Source: Psammoneis japonica
Lineage: Eukaryota
NCBI GenBank assembly: GCA_008632985.1
Contig: QPGO01000036.1
Location: forward strand, 458,182-522,181
DNA length: 64,000 nucleotides
Direction of reading: 5' to 3'
Every line of letters begins with the position of its first letter. Position 1 is the stretch's first letter. The position numbers and the translations under genes are program-made. Shown here piece after piece: positions 35,944 to 47,579 of this stretch. The notes under the pieces were generated by a model. That model saw nothing but the letters and a program-made list of their open reading frames with translations. It had not been told where the DNA came from and searched no databases.

Positions 35944-37241
35944 TTTATTTATCTCAAGATAGGCGACAAGCCAAGCCTCTGAATGAAGACAAGACTGCTA
36001 ATTGGGTGCTTTATTGTTTGGCTCACCCAAGAGGAGTGCAATACAATAGATAGCAATCTCTTTCGATTTTGTTTTTGAGTCGTTCCAGCGCTTTGTGTCT
36101 CGTTGCGTAGAAGTCCGTACACAAGCCGCGTAATAACATTATGGGAGCAAAATGACCGTCATAATGACTGTTCCGGTCTCTGATAATTGCTCACGCATGA
36201 CTCCGCCTAAGTAAGTATCTTTATTGTGTCCAATCACAAATACTAGAACGTCCAATAGATTTAATCACATACGAATAAAATAATTAATTATTTTTATGCA
36301 ATGATTAATACATCCATATATTGGGGCATAAACATACGGTCATTTGTAGGTGGATGAATTTGAAATTTTGGGGTCATAGCAGAGTCCGCACCGCGTTGCA
36401 AGGCCAAAACCAAACCTGTTACAGTACTAAGCATCTTTGCGATTTGCATTCTGCAAGAGTTTCTTCAATCTCAATTACCGGTACGGGATGTGAGTCCTTG
36501 GCGGATCAATTACATCCTTTACCTGACGTTATGGTGGGCTTCATTGGTCCTTATTGGGCAGACATCAAGCCATCGAAATCACTGCGTGTGGAGCGCGGGA
36601 AAATGGATTGTGATGATTGATGACCAAGTTAGAAACAAAAGAGCATGTTCGTTTTGAGACAGGGGAAAAGACTCCCGAATAGCAAAACAAGTCGTTCCAA
36701 CTCCAGTCTTTCCCGAGCTCCTTGTTTTCGGCCCTTGCAATGAAAAGACCAGCCACTGCGGTTGACTACGTCGATGAGCTTAAGAGCTCAGGCGTTTGAT
36801 GCCATGAGTGATCCTCATTCATGACATTGCGAACTGCTTTCCTTCGCTGTAATCCAATACTTGCTCACTATATGTATGAAGGTGAATGCCAATTTTTTGG
36901 AAGCGAGGAACCGCAGATCGCAGCTCATCTGTTACATGACTATTGACTGTGTAGTCACCGTGTGAAGTATCTACGGTACTACAGCCAGGACTTGCTGTCA
37001 AAGAAATACAGTAATGAAGCTTTAAAAGAACAAGAAGTATAGGGAGCGCAACTAAAGACTAGAAGTAGGTACCGGACTAAGATCCGAGAAACTGAATGAC
37101 AGCAATCGTACTAAGTAGAGTTTCACTATACTTTGAGGCTTAGCATCTAGCTAGCGAAAGGTTATTTAAATAACACGTGTCGAAGGGTATGCACTGAGCT
37201 GATGTACAATACTGCAATAACACACAAAGCGTGTCATTCGT

Positions 37242-37930
37242 TTAATCCCATCCGGCCTCAGAGGTGGCAATCACGTACGCGGCAACATCGGCAATGTCCT
37301 CGTCAGAAAGACGTCCACCAAATGCAGGCATGGCATTCTTTCCGTTGGTGACCTGGGTGACAACAGAAGATTCCTTACGTCCACCAGCCAAGTACTGGTC
37401 GAGGGCCTCCTTCTCGAGAGTCTTTTCCGGCATGATCACGTTCTGTCCACCGGCGTGGCAAGCAGCGCAGTTTCCCTCAAACACGGTCTCACCATTGCCA
37501 ACATCTCCAGCAAGAGCGGGTCCGGCAACACCGAATGCAACGGCTCCAGCAATGGCGGCGGCACCAGCAGCCTAGTTTCATTGCAAAGAGACAAGACCAT
37601 CATCGTGAGTTAGGTTCGCCGAAGAAAGATACCACGTGGTGTCAACGACTTCAACAGGATTTTTCGTTAATTATTGCTGATGTCACGCGCTGTCACAAAA
37701 CATAAAATCATATGGAACTGAATACTTTTATTTCTCCGATCAAATGAACTTGACACGGAGGATATCCACAAGGCCAGTGCCTTGCGAGGCAAACTTCGTC
37801 GCTACCACCATGATTCTGGCCCTACAAAAAACCGTCTTACCTTTCCAAGGTCAACCTTGTTGTTGCTGTTGGGCACAAAAGAGAAGGCAGAAGCCGAAAC
37901 GGCAAGGGTGGCAAAGAGAGCGAGCTTCAT
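37242..37930 (-). CDS. petJ: Cytochrome c6, tripartite targeting; 2 exons (37930-37841, 37571-37242)
   Basis: [25 protein letters not shown] intron; lumen signal ending PALA; CAACH heme motif; [13 protein letters not shown]. Confidence 0.96.
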
Positions 37931-38343
37931 CTTGATCGGCTTGTTGATGCACGTGCTGAAAGTGTGGGGGCGCACTTCGGACAGCAGCTCGACGCACGTC
38001 GTAGGTTCTCTACGCGCTCTACATACGTAGTGGAATGTACCACGATTGTCGTAGGACGATCGCAGAAAGACTGACTCACTGATGGTTCTTCGTAGCTTCT
38101 ACGTGGGAACTGGTACAAGATAAAAGATTTGTCCTCAACAATCCACCCGATCTTTTATTTTTCGTGCGTTGGACGTGACGCCACGATGACATCGATGTGC
38201 GAAGGCCGTTATGTACGTGCCAATAGGCAGAGTCTGGCGCGCGTGCTCGCGCGCATCAGGAACACCAAAGCACAAGCCATCAACTCAACTCAACACTGAA
38301 CACTCTATGACGATGTTGTGTTGTTGTTGACGAGAGATCAATC

Positions 38344-39543
38344 ATGTCGTCCCAGTCTTCTCATGACATATCGCCTTCTTCAACGGATGTAAAGGTTCTG
38401 AAATACTCGGGTGATGCAGAGCCATGTGTTTCGACCGGAATTGAACATGAAGAACACAGAGATCAGAACTCACGTGGTGGTATCAGCAATGCTGAAAAAT
38501 CCTTCTCCTGCAACAAGCAAAACGAGACGCAAGAGGACAAGGAAAACCATATTTTGATTCCAACAAACGCCGATTCTACTGTTGCAACCAATTCGAGTGA
38601 TAATGCATCCTCACGACTACGAGCAGCACCCGCTCGACACCTCGACACAAAAGTACCAAACGAAAGCGTACGTATAAATACTTTTACAACAGTTCGCATG
38701 GTAATTCCCAGTCACGTACAGCAATCGGTCTCGAGCAACTGGGTTCTAAATGCGGCGACACGTGCCGTTTGTCACTACGTGCTGTATGCAAGAGGAATGA
38801 TTCCGACCCCTATTCACGATATTTGCAGTATTGTACGAGAAGAATGCAGTGAGTCCTTACCTGCTAGTAGCAAAATGGTTTTGCCGCAAGAGCGACACTC
38901 GCTGAAAAAGATGAAGAACTTTGCATCCTCTCTCGAAGCCCTATGGAATGATGTCGACTTGTTACTGTCGAGTCAACATCATCAGTCAAAGAATGATGCA
39001 GGTGTATTCGAGCCACTACAACTGTTGGTCACGTTGGGTGCTGCCTGGTCACGCCCAAAGGAGCATTATCTAATTTCATGGACTGCAAATCATGTAACGC
39101 CGGAATCTGAGACAATGGAAACGGACGTTGACGATGACAAAACGGCGCAGTGGCGACACGCACTTTCTCGGCGTTTGGTTCGTGAAATGGTTCATCTGGA
39201 CGATCAGCATCAAACCTCGCCAAGCATGAGCGGAACGGCTTCAGCGTCCAATAACGTGTTTCTTTCTGTAAAAGTGCCGTCAGGTATTGCACAGTCTCTC
39301 CTGGAGAAGAGTCGACAAGACGAGAACAACAGCAATGTGCTCCACTTGTTATCGAATCGTTTGGTGGTGCGACATGGGTTTTCGATTCCTACTGCTAGTG
39401 CTAGTAAAGCGACAAAAAAGAAACAGACGCCTCTGTATTCCATACTGCTTGATTCTACCGGTACAAAGGGGGATACCGTGAATGAAGATGACGATGGGGT
39501 ATGGTTATCGTTTCGCGCCAAAGTCAAGGGGTTTCGACTTTAG
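38344..39543 (+). CDS. Probable p31comet (MAD2L1BP)-like HORMA-domain protein
   Basis: 399-aa ORF; HYVLYARGMIPTP, LVTLGAAWSRPKEHY and terminal WLSFRAKVKGF parallel p31comet motifs (HIMYQRQQLPLP, LLGGxxxSPKEFY, WFQAPVTFKGF) recalled from memory. Confidence 0.58.
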   Translation: MSSQSSHDISPSSTDVKVLKYSGDAEPCVSTGIEHEEHRDQNSRGGISNAEKSFSCNKQNETQEDKENHILIPTNADSTVATNSSDNASSRLRAAPARHLDTKVPNESVRINTFTTVRMVIPSHVQQSVSSNWVLNAATRAVCHYVLYARGMIPTPIHDICSIVREECSESLPASSKMVLPQERHSLKKMKNFASSLEALWNDVDLLLSSQHHQSKNDAGVFEPLQLLVTLGAAWSRPKEHYLISWTANHVTPESETMETDVDDDKTAQWRHALSRRLVREMVHLDDQHQTSPSMSGTASASNNVFLSVKVPSGIAQSLLEKSRQDENNSNVLHLLSNRLVVRHGFSIPTASASKATKKKQTPLYSILLDSTGTKGDTVNEDDDGVWLSFRAKVKGFRL

Positions 39544-39933
39544 GTTTTTGCCTTGTAAAGTGTAAGAACTGTTTGCTTATTCTGTGTGATGCCTTATAGT
39601 TTGTTTCATTCGCCAACGAACCTACTATCTCTCTAAGCTACTGCATTGGTAACACTTATTCTTGTCTGTCTGTTGATGCACTGTTGTTTTAACGTAAAAC
39701 GCTACGCGCTTCTTGTACTACAGTTCGACATGACAAAGGGTGACATCGTCCGATGCTGTTCACTGTGCAGCGAAGAAAAAGTGGCGAGGGCGGGTGAAGC
39801 TGTTGCGTCCAATGCATTTTATGTAATAGTTGAGAAGATTGCTACATAATACTTGTATAGCAAGATCACTCAAGTAGCCACCATTTCAAAGGTTGTCGCT
39901 GTTGAAAACACCACCGATACATACGCAGTAAGC

Positions 39934-40995
39934 ATGACTTCGTCGGACGAACAACATACAGATGAACCGAGCAAGCATCACACAAAGTGCTACACATTGT
40001 TCTTCATTCGTCATGGCGAAGCCCTTCACAACGTGCTGGAAAAGCAAGCGAAACAAGAAGCGTTAGAGGAGGCAATCGCGCAGGGTTTAGATGCACAGGA
40101 CGAGATTGTCAAGCTACGTCAGGAGAAGGCGCGTATGGCAGTCCTCAACAACGATTCTCTTCAGGATTGTCCACTGACACCTCTTGGGGTGGAAGAAGCG
40201 CTCGGTGCCAAGGAAAAAATTCATCAGTTAACTTCACCGTCGGAGGAAAACGGCGTGAGTAAGCGACCCATGCTTCCATATCCAACACAGGTGTTGGTGT
40301 CGCCCTTGCAACGTGCTCTGCAGACAGCAGACACTATTTTCCCACAACACCAGTCGATTCATGTTCGTGAGGAACTGCGAGAACGACAAACTTTAAAAGC
40401 CTGTGATACACGACAGGACTCTCGTATACTCAGCAAACGACCGGAATTTGCAAGATTTTCCATGAACCAATTACGACTGGCGTCCCTGTCAAAGTTTTCG
40501 TTTCCAGACGCCTCCTACTTTGACGACCTTCTCGAGAGCGACGAGGAAAAAGGCAACAACGACAGAAAAGGGCGCTCCACTGAAGGCAGTGGCCTCCATG
40601 CGTCCATGGCATCCATGGTTGGTGACCTACACATTAGTGACCAATCCGACGATGAAAAGGAGAAAACTATTCAAGAAGAAATTGACGACGATCAAGTCGA
40701 ACTTGAACTTCAGGACCTTGCACATGATGAAGTAGAAGAAAAGCACGTGCTCAGACAAAGAACCAAGAAGCTCTTTGGATTGATTGGTGAATCGCAGCAC
40801 CGATTTATTGCTGTTGTGGCGCATAAAGGATACTTGCGCGAACTGGAACGAGGACCTTTGGGACAACCAGATGCCAAGGAGTTCAAAAATTGCGAAGTCC
40901 GGGTTTACAAAGTATCCCTCTTGCCGGCGCCGACAAGATCCTCGGTATCCCAAGAATGCGGATACAAGGTGAAAAGTGTGGAACGATTGGTGTAA
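39934..40995 (+). CDS. Histidine phosphatase (phosphoglycerate mutase-like) family protein
   Basis: FFIRHGEALHN, DCPLTPLG, VSPLQRALQTA, LRER, VVAHKGYL, FKNCEVR. Confidence 0.9.
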   Translation: MTSSDEQHTDEPSKHHTKCYTLFFIRHGEALHNVLEKQAKQEALEEAIAQGLDAQDEIVKLRQEKARMAVLNNDSLQDCPLTPLGVEEALGAKEKIHQLTSPSEENGVSKRPMLPYPTQVLVSPLQRALQTADTIFPQHQSIHVREELRERQTLKACDTRQDSRILSKRPEFARFSMNQLRLASLSKFSFPDASYFDDLLESDEEKGNNDRKGRSTEGSGLHASMASMVGDLHISDQSDDEKEKTIQEEIDDDQVELELQDLAHDEVEEKHVLRQRTKKLFGLIGESQHRFIAVVAHKGYLRELERGPLGQPDAKEFKNCEVRVYKVSLLPAPTRSSVSQECGYKVKSVERLV

Positions 40996-41369
40996 AACGT
41001 GACTTTGGTGTTGTGGACATCTGTGCGATATTTACAGCTGAGAATTTCATTATTAAGCTTATCGACATTGTGTTTTGAATGACTCTTAATGCACACAAGA
41101 CTGCAGTCGAGTTGTTTGTAATAGGGCCTAGATCCAGGGTAATGTGACACGTATATATACCCTGTAAGTTAGCATCAATTTGATGCATCCCTCGTAGCGT
41201 ATGAAGGTGGCGCCAAGATTCTTGTACTTCCGGGAATCTACCTGGTGCTGGTAGTGCAAAAAGAGACAACTAGACCTCAGAAACATGTTCCGGACGCACT
41301 CTGAGAAACGAAAAAGCTTTTCGTCTAAGTTTGAACTGCGTCATTAGTTCAGCTGTAGCCCCCTTTTGT

Positions 41370-44300
41370 GGGTTGTCGACACCATCTGAATTGGCATATC
41401 CATGCTTCTTTGTGCCATCGGAGTGTGTCGACTGTCGACTGTGTGGATGAGGTCAGGTCTTCTTTCAAGAATAACGCCTCACGACTTGCATCTTTGGACC
41501 ACCCATTCTTGACCGCCCGCTTCCACGATTGCTCCATCTTTGTAGAAAGCAATGAGCTCACCCCCATCATCCAAGCCCCACTCTCACTGATTGTGGCTTG
41601 GGCATGCAGACATGGCACCGTGGCTCGGACTGACAAGACCACCATTGATGCATCGTCTCCCATCCAGATGGCAAAAAGAACAAGGGCTTGCTGCAACAAC
41701 ATGAATGGGCAGCAACCTTTCTGAGGCAATGGTGGCATCAGCATTGCTGCATGCTAGACTGCACATGCTTCCATTTCAACATCAGAAAATGAGTTGTTGC
41801 AGATGTGCTTGTGCTCCCTCTCAGCTGAAACATGGGACAAGAACAAATCATGCTTTCATTGTCTAAAACAACAGGGTGCCTTCATCATTTTTGCAACCTT
41901 CCAAGTGAGCCTCCAGGTGCTCATCAAAGTTTGGGGTGAGTTCAAAAAGACTGTTCTTTAAAAGGTTTTGCATGAGACCTGTCACATCATCATCTTGTTT
42001 GTGCAGTTGGCACTCTTTCTGCTTTGTCCATGAATCACTCCTCCAGCCCAAATGCACTGGGAGGTTTTTCATCAGGAAACTTGCAGATGTGGCGCCACTT
42101 GTGAATGGCATCCAGCACACCCAGGAGGAGCTGATCTTTGACATCCTGAATGTCATTGATGAATGGTGTTCACTTGTCTTTGGCATCAACAATGACCACC
42201 TTCCAATCACATTCGCCTGCGTCAATCACACACAAAATGCCTGGCACCTTCACTTTTCAGCAACAGCCTTGACATTAGATTGCAACTTCTTTGTGCAAAT
42301 GACACAGGTGTGCTTGACTCAATTTGTTGATGTCATCTTTGACTTCTTTGTTGCACACAGCACACAGCACAGAGGAGGGCACCAGCAGGGCATGATGGTT
42401 GTGCAGCAAGAAATGAACCAGATGGTCGCTGCCAGGGCCGGCCGGAAGCCAGTTTGCACACCACCTTTTTGGGAGCAACAACTGCAGCAAAGCTCCATTG
42501 TCTTGAGAGTTTGCAAAAGAAAACACAAGTGACTTCAATCCTGTTCATGGGTGTCTTAGACTTCTCTTGAATGCAAGCAACACTCACACAGTGCATTTCA
42601 ACAACTGGGGGGGGGGGGGGCTGTTGCAAGTGCTTTTGTCATCTCCTGCCAGCAGAAATGATTGTTGCACTTGTTGTGGTGGTCAGTGCAATGGACTCTT
42701 GGGGCAGCACATTCTCTTTCTTGGTTGGTGTGCATTGTTTTGTTTCAGCAACTAGATCACTCAATTGCCGCAAACAGCCAAGACCGGGCACTTCATTCAA
42801 GAAACAGATGCTGATGCAAGTGTTTCTTGGCATGCTGGATTTGGAAGCACCTTTGTTGTGCCTGAGATGCAGCCAGTCTTGTTGTTGAAAGCATTGGCCT
42901 GCGCCACTTTGCCATGTTGCTCTTCAGCAAAGCTGCTGCTTTTGATGCTGCAATGATGACATCCAGCAAGTGTGGATCCCTGCTGAGAGAACTGTCTGTG
43001 CACACTCCAAATTTTTTTAAGCTCTGGTTGGCTGGATCAAACCCAACCATGCTCACAGGCAATTTCAGTGTCACCAGCTGTGTTTGTTGACTTGTGAGAA
43101 GGTGAGTTGGGTGAGAAAGTCTTGGCAGAGGCTTCAAGAACTGGTGCCCAATGTCAATTGCATGCAATGGCAGCACCACAACACACCCACAGAGATGCCA
43201 CAGCCTCCAGCAAACAAAGCAGATGTGCTGTGGCTTTTTGTCAATCCTTTTGAGTTTGCAAGTCATTGCTTCATTCTCCAACAGAGCAGCTGTGCAGTTG
43301 TTTGTTTGTTGCCAAACCACCCACACTAGAGCTTTTGTTCAAGCTCAGTCACCACAACAGAACCACCACAAGTGAATTTTGGCATGTCTTTCAATTTGGT
43401 GCAAAAAAGCCAGCAAAATGCCGGTGACTTTGATCAGCACATTTTGCTGGTTTTCATGGCTCAGTGCATTTCCACCTGACTGTGGTCATTTGCAACAAGA
43501 CAGCCTCCCAGCTCATTGTTGCCATTGTTGCTTTTTCTTCAGCTGTGCGCAGCATCACCACATGCACAAGCAAGCTGCAGAGTTTGGTGCCACCATTGCA
43601 GCAAACCCACAGGTGCTCTGAGAGTGCACCTCACAATTCACAAAGTTGCTGCAAAGTCAAGGGTGCAGCGTGTGTGCCCATGGCAGACAGACTCAGTGGC
43701 CAGCTGATCTTTCTTCTTCATCTTGCTCAAGTGACCTCCTCCTCTCTTTTTGCAAAATGTGACCACTGTGTCATCATCTTGCAGCAGGACTGGCACTTCA
43801 AAAGTTTGTGTCCTTGATGTGGCACATGGCCATTTGCAAGTGAAGGTTTGTCCAGTGCAAAACAAAAAAAAACAACCAAGGAGCTGTGGTGCTGCAATGA
43901 GTGCCAACAACCATGCAATGTTTGGCCAGAAATCAACTCCCAGCAGAAGTTCCGGCCCAGGGGTGTTGTCTGCCTGGGTCAGGAACCAGCATGCTCAAAG
44001 CATAGAGTGGCAGGGGCCCAACAACTTGCACACCAAAAAGAAAGAAAAAAGAAACCACAGTGCCAACCAGTGCCCCACAATGCTTGCATGTCTGTGCACA
44101 TGATGTTGTTGGGAAAAAACCAACACTTGTGATCCATTGTCTTTGCAGCAGGTTTAACAAGGACTTGCCTTTGTCTTGTTTTGCTGTGTGGCCATCACCA
44201 GAGCCGGCCATGGTGCCCAACATGCATTGTCACAGTTTGCAATGCTGGCTGCACTTTGCCATGGGCTTTTGCACTGCTGGATCCTTCTGCAGATTTGTCT

Positions 44301-44760
44301 GAGTGAGAAGGGGCATGTTCAGGCACAAAGCTGCTCAAGAATGGAGCTGCTTCATTTGCAGCACCAATCAGATCAGAGGCAAGGGCAAGTGGAGACAATT
44401 GGCTTTTGGATGACTGGATGCCATGGGTTTCAGAAAAGCTCATGGTTTTGTCTGGTGATTTCCCCCATCCTTGAGGAGCCACTGACATTCCTCCTGCTCA
44501 ACCTCCTGCACCAGCAAACACTTTGTGCAATTTGATGACCAGAACATTGCACCCACACTGCTCATCTTGTCATGATCTTCCTTTGATGAGGCTCAAATCC
44601 CTTCCAAAGCAAGAGCAGAGAGAGCAGACCCAGCACTGAGTCCATCGAGAGTGTTGTTGGAGCGGTGACCTCTGTTGAGCCATTTGTCATCAACGTCCAT
44701 GTCTCTAGAATGCTGGGTGTTCTGTCAAGAAGAAGGCAGGGGGAGAAAACTGCTTGTAGC
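41370..44760. other. TpA/CpG-depleted block of decayed gene copies
   Basis: Near absence of TpA; TG/CA excess; abrupt return to normal at the COG6 3' end. Confidence 0.9.
41863..42260 (-). pseudogene. Soluble inorganic pyrophosphatase (family I) pseudogene, C-terminal half
   Basis: Manual translation: KVKVPGILCVIDAGECDWKVVIVDAKDK*TPFINDIQDV..GVLDAIHKWRHICKFPDEKPPSAFGLEE*FMDK (family pattern VKVLG....IDxGExDWK..YKxPDGKP). Confidence 0.85.
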
Positions 44761-44782
44761 ATGTCTTAAGCATTCTCTTCAT

Positions 44783-44856
44783 TTTCATTATACGTTTGTA
44801 TTTGCTTTATGCTCTTCAATTTCATTATACGTTTGTATTTGCTTTATGCTCTTCAA
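44783..44856. repeat. Perfect 37-bp tandem duplication in the COG6 3' flank
   Basis: tttcattatacgtttgtatttgctttatgctcttcaa x2. Confidence 0.9.
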
Positions 44857-44877
44857 TTGTTTTACTAATGTATATCT

Positions 44878-47106
44878 TTAAACAGAGAATAAGGTCCGAA
44901 CCTGAGTGGGACTGTGTCCAAGGAAATCCAAGTCATCGTACCCACCCTTTTCGCTATGCATGGCGAGGTAAAGTTCCTCGTATACATTCGCCACTCGAGC
45001 AGCAATCTGGGACTGAGCACGTTTCCTCAGAATGGGATCCTTAATGACAGAGTCAAAGGATGGAATGGGAGGCGAATAAAGAGAGGCATAGAATTCGCGA
45101 ATACACGTTTGAACCTCTGGAGGTGAAAGACCCGGCTGCGATGCCAGCGTCATGCCTTCGACATGAACTTGTTGCATACGAGTCCATGCGACTAATAGAG
45201 AGCCCAATCCTACAAGCTCCAATACTTGTTTCGTTTCATCTTCGACCAAGGCATCAATCAATGCTTGTTCCTTGTCGGAAATCAAGCGATTGAATCTGTT
45301 CGTCACCTCTTCCTTGAGCCCAGCCTTCTGGACCACCAACATGGAAGACTTGATAGACACGGCGTCATCCAAAGATTTACAAGACGACAAAGCAGCTTCA
45401 ACGAGTGTCTCACAGAGAAACTCCAGAGATAGGGACACTTCGATGCCAGTTGCTCCCGAAGGACAGGGTAGGTCAGCTGAAAATCCCGGAGATGCCTTTC
45501 GCACCTCTGTGATTTCTGTCATCATATTGTGTGCCAAAGATGCTTCCGATTCTCCAGATATCATGGTTAGTGACTCCAACGTTGCTCCGTGGACACGAAT
45601 GGATGCAGCATACGCCTGGGACCCTTCCTCCAAACACTCAAGGACGGCTGTCACAAGAGGGCTCTCGTGTTGTTCGTCTCTGTCCTCGTCGGTTGAAAGC
45701 TTATCCATAGCCTTGGAAAATGCGGAATGATAGAAAAGCAAGAGACCGCATATTGAGTACAAGGATGATACGCGAGACCGAGACGCCATCTGCTCTAGCT
45801 CGTCTTCAAGAGAATCTGAATGATCGATTTCGTCTTGGTCTCCGTCCTGGTGTTGAGGCCGCTTGGCCAGAGAAGCAATAACCTGAAGGATTCTTGACTT
45901 AAGTGGCCTGGATACACCACTCATGGCATGCGCCAAAATCTGTGCAGCGGACATTGGTTTCTCGCCGCCAAGCATATCGGTATCCTTATCGCTGCTGCTC
46001 GGTGTAGAAACTTCATCTTCATCGTGCGGAGGCTTGTATTCAACGAGACTACGGGCTACATCCGCTTCGACGTTGTAGGAGCAAAAGACATGAGCCAACA
46101 TATCCCCAACATAATTGACAGGATCGTGCGCTTTGACTTCAATGGGGGGCATTCCATTGTAGCCAGAAGTCAACGCCAAGAGGAATCGTCTCGTCTCTTC
46201 TGATCTTCTGGATGTAGCAATCATCTCGATCAAGTGAGAGTAGAAAGCGGGCACGTCCATTTTCAAACAATAAAGAGATCGCTTGACAAAGTCTAGGCAC
46301 AGAGCTTCGTCCAAAGCATCAGCATCCACTGGTTGTTGCGGCTGCTGCGACTGTTCTTGTAGATTCAGATGAATTTGCAGCCACTGATAGAGTCGTTCGT
46401 ATGCTCGTTCCTGTTTTGAGGCCAACGACTCCATCATTCTGATAGCAGAAGTAGCACCGAGACTTTGCTTTACTGAATCAGTGCCTCCTTGTATTTCTAT
46501 ATCCGTTCCAAACGTTTTGCTCAACTCATGCCGAATGGTACGGACACGATCCAACGCCTCGAGAAACTGCATTCCTCTCGTGTCAAGGTCGTCAAAGCCG
46601 TACTGGTCCAGCAAGAGCGACTCGTTTTGTGACAAGTCGAATTTATTAAGGAACTCATCCACCGCTTGAGCCCGCTCTCGTGCTTGATTTCGTTCTTCAA
46701 ATGCCCTTGCCAGTTGAGCCGCTAGTTCTTCTTCACCTCCTACTTCTGGCGACGACTCCTCAGATTTCGCTTCTGACGAGGTAGCTCCAGAAGTACTAGT
46801 ACTGTCCTGCACACTCGCACTCGCTTCACGCGCAATCGATGCTGTTTCTGTAACACTTCGCCTCAAGTCCTGAACCGTGTTGACAAGATTCTGAAGTTCC
46901 TCTTGCATTGAAAGAGCTTGTGCCAGAGCATCCTCTTCAATCGCAACTCGCACCGACCGTGAATCAATCACGGGCAAATGCGCCAGTGCTTCCAACGCTG
47001 CCTTCATTGCTGCCGTATCTGTACGAACCTCCAGCGCACGAGATACCTTGTTGGCAAGGATATCGGCACCCGTAGATGCGTTGGCGTTCTCATCGTTGTC
47101 GGCCAT
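44878..47106 (-). CDS. COG6: Conserved oligomeric Golgi complex subunit 6, intronless
   Basis: KQERAYERLYQW, RRFLLALTSG, PPIEVKAHDPVNYVGDMLA, VSRPLKSRILQV, HSPTQVRTLF; likely start MADNDEN. Confidence 0.9.
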   Translation of the reverse strand: MADNDENANASTGADILANKVSRALEVRTDTAAMKAALEALAHLPVIDSRSVRVAIEEDALAQALSMQEELQNLVNTVQDLRRSVTETASIAREASASVQDSTSTSGATSSEAKSEESSPEVGGEEELAAQLARAFEERNQARERAQAVDEFLNKFDLSQNESLLLDQYGFDDLDTRGMQFLEALDRVRTIRHELSKTFGTDIEIQGGTDSVKQSLGATSAIRMMESLASKQERAYERLYQWLQIHLNLQEQSQQPQQPVDADALDEALCLDFVKRSLYCLKMDVPAFYSHLIEMIATSRRSEETRRFLLALTSGYNGMPPIEVKAHDPVNYVGDMLAHVFCSYNVEADVARSLVEYKPPHDEDEVSTPSSSDKDTDMLGGEKPMSAAQILAHAMSGVSRPLKSRILQVIASLAKRPQHQDGDQDEIDHSDSLEDELEQMASRSRVSSLYSICGLLLFYHSAFSKAMDKLSTDEDRDEQHESPLVTAVLECLEEGSQAYAASIRVHGATLESLTMISGESEASLAHNMMTEITEVRKASPGFSADLPCPSGATGIEVSLSLEFLCETLVEAALSSCKSLDDAVSIKSSMLVVQKAGLKEEVTNRFNRLISDKEQALIDALVEDETKQVLELVGLGSLLVAWTRMQQVHVEGMTLASQPGLSPPEVQTCIREFYASLYSPPIPSFDSVIKDPILRKRAQSQIAARVANVYEELYLAMHSEKGGYDDLDFLGHSPTQVRTLFSV

Positions 47107-47579
47107 GGTCAACAAAATAATAAGCCGGTCATTTCTCAACATCGCGCGCACAACCAGCGAGATCCTCGCGCGCTGCGCCTGCTGCGGAGCCACAGAACGT
47201 GTGCAGCACAGTCAAGTTGTTGTCCAAGAAAAAGGGGCAGCCAGCACGCAGCAGTTGCCTTTGCTCTTTTGACAGCAGCTGGGCTGCGACAAAGTGTGTC
47301 CCCAGCTGCCACTGCTCTTTTCTATGACAAATGAGGGCAAGTGCCAGCAGCCACCAAAGATGCCAACACCCCCCAATGAGGAGCCTGTCCATCTGGGATG
47401 CCAATGATCTGGGTCTGACCGTCTGCCATGTTCTGGGTGTTTCTTGACTTTGATGCCAGATTTTTGTCAACTTGTGAGCCAATTCTCTCCTTAAATACAA
47501 TGTGAGAACCATGTAAGTTTATGAGCTTCTAAAACCTAAATCGCTTCTCACTTTTAAGTGTGGTCATTCCTTTCACATG

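Noticed and set aside
42607..42620. G14 homopolymer
   Set aside because: Isolated run, length unreliable, no functional context.
47107..47193. N-terminal extension of COG6 in the ORF track
   Set aside because: Begins at a non-ATG codon; MADNDEN at 47106 (or an ATG slightly upstream) is more plausible.
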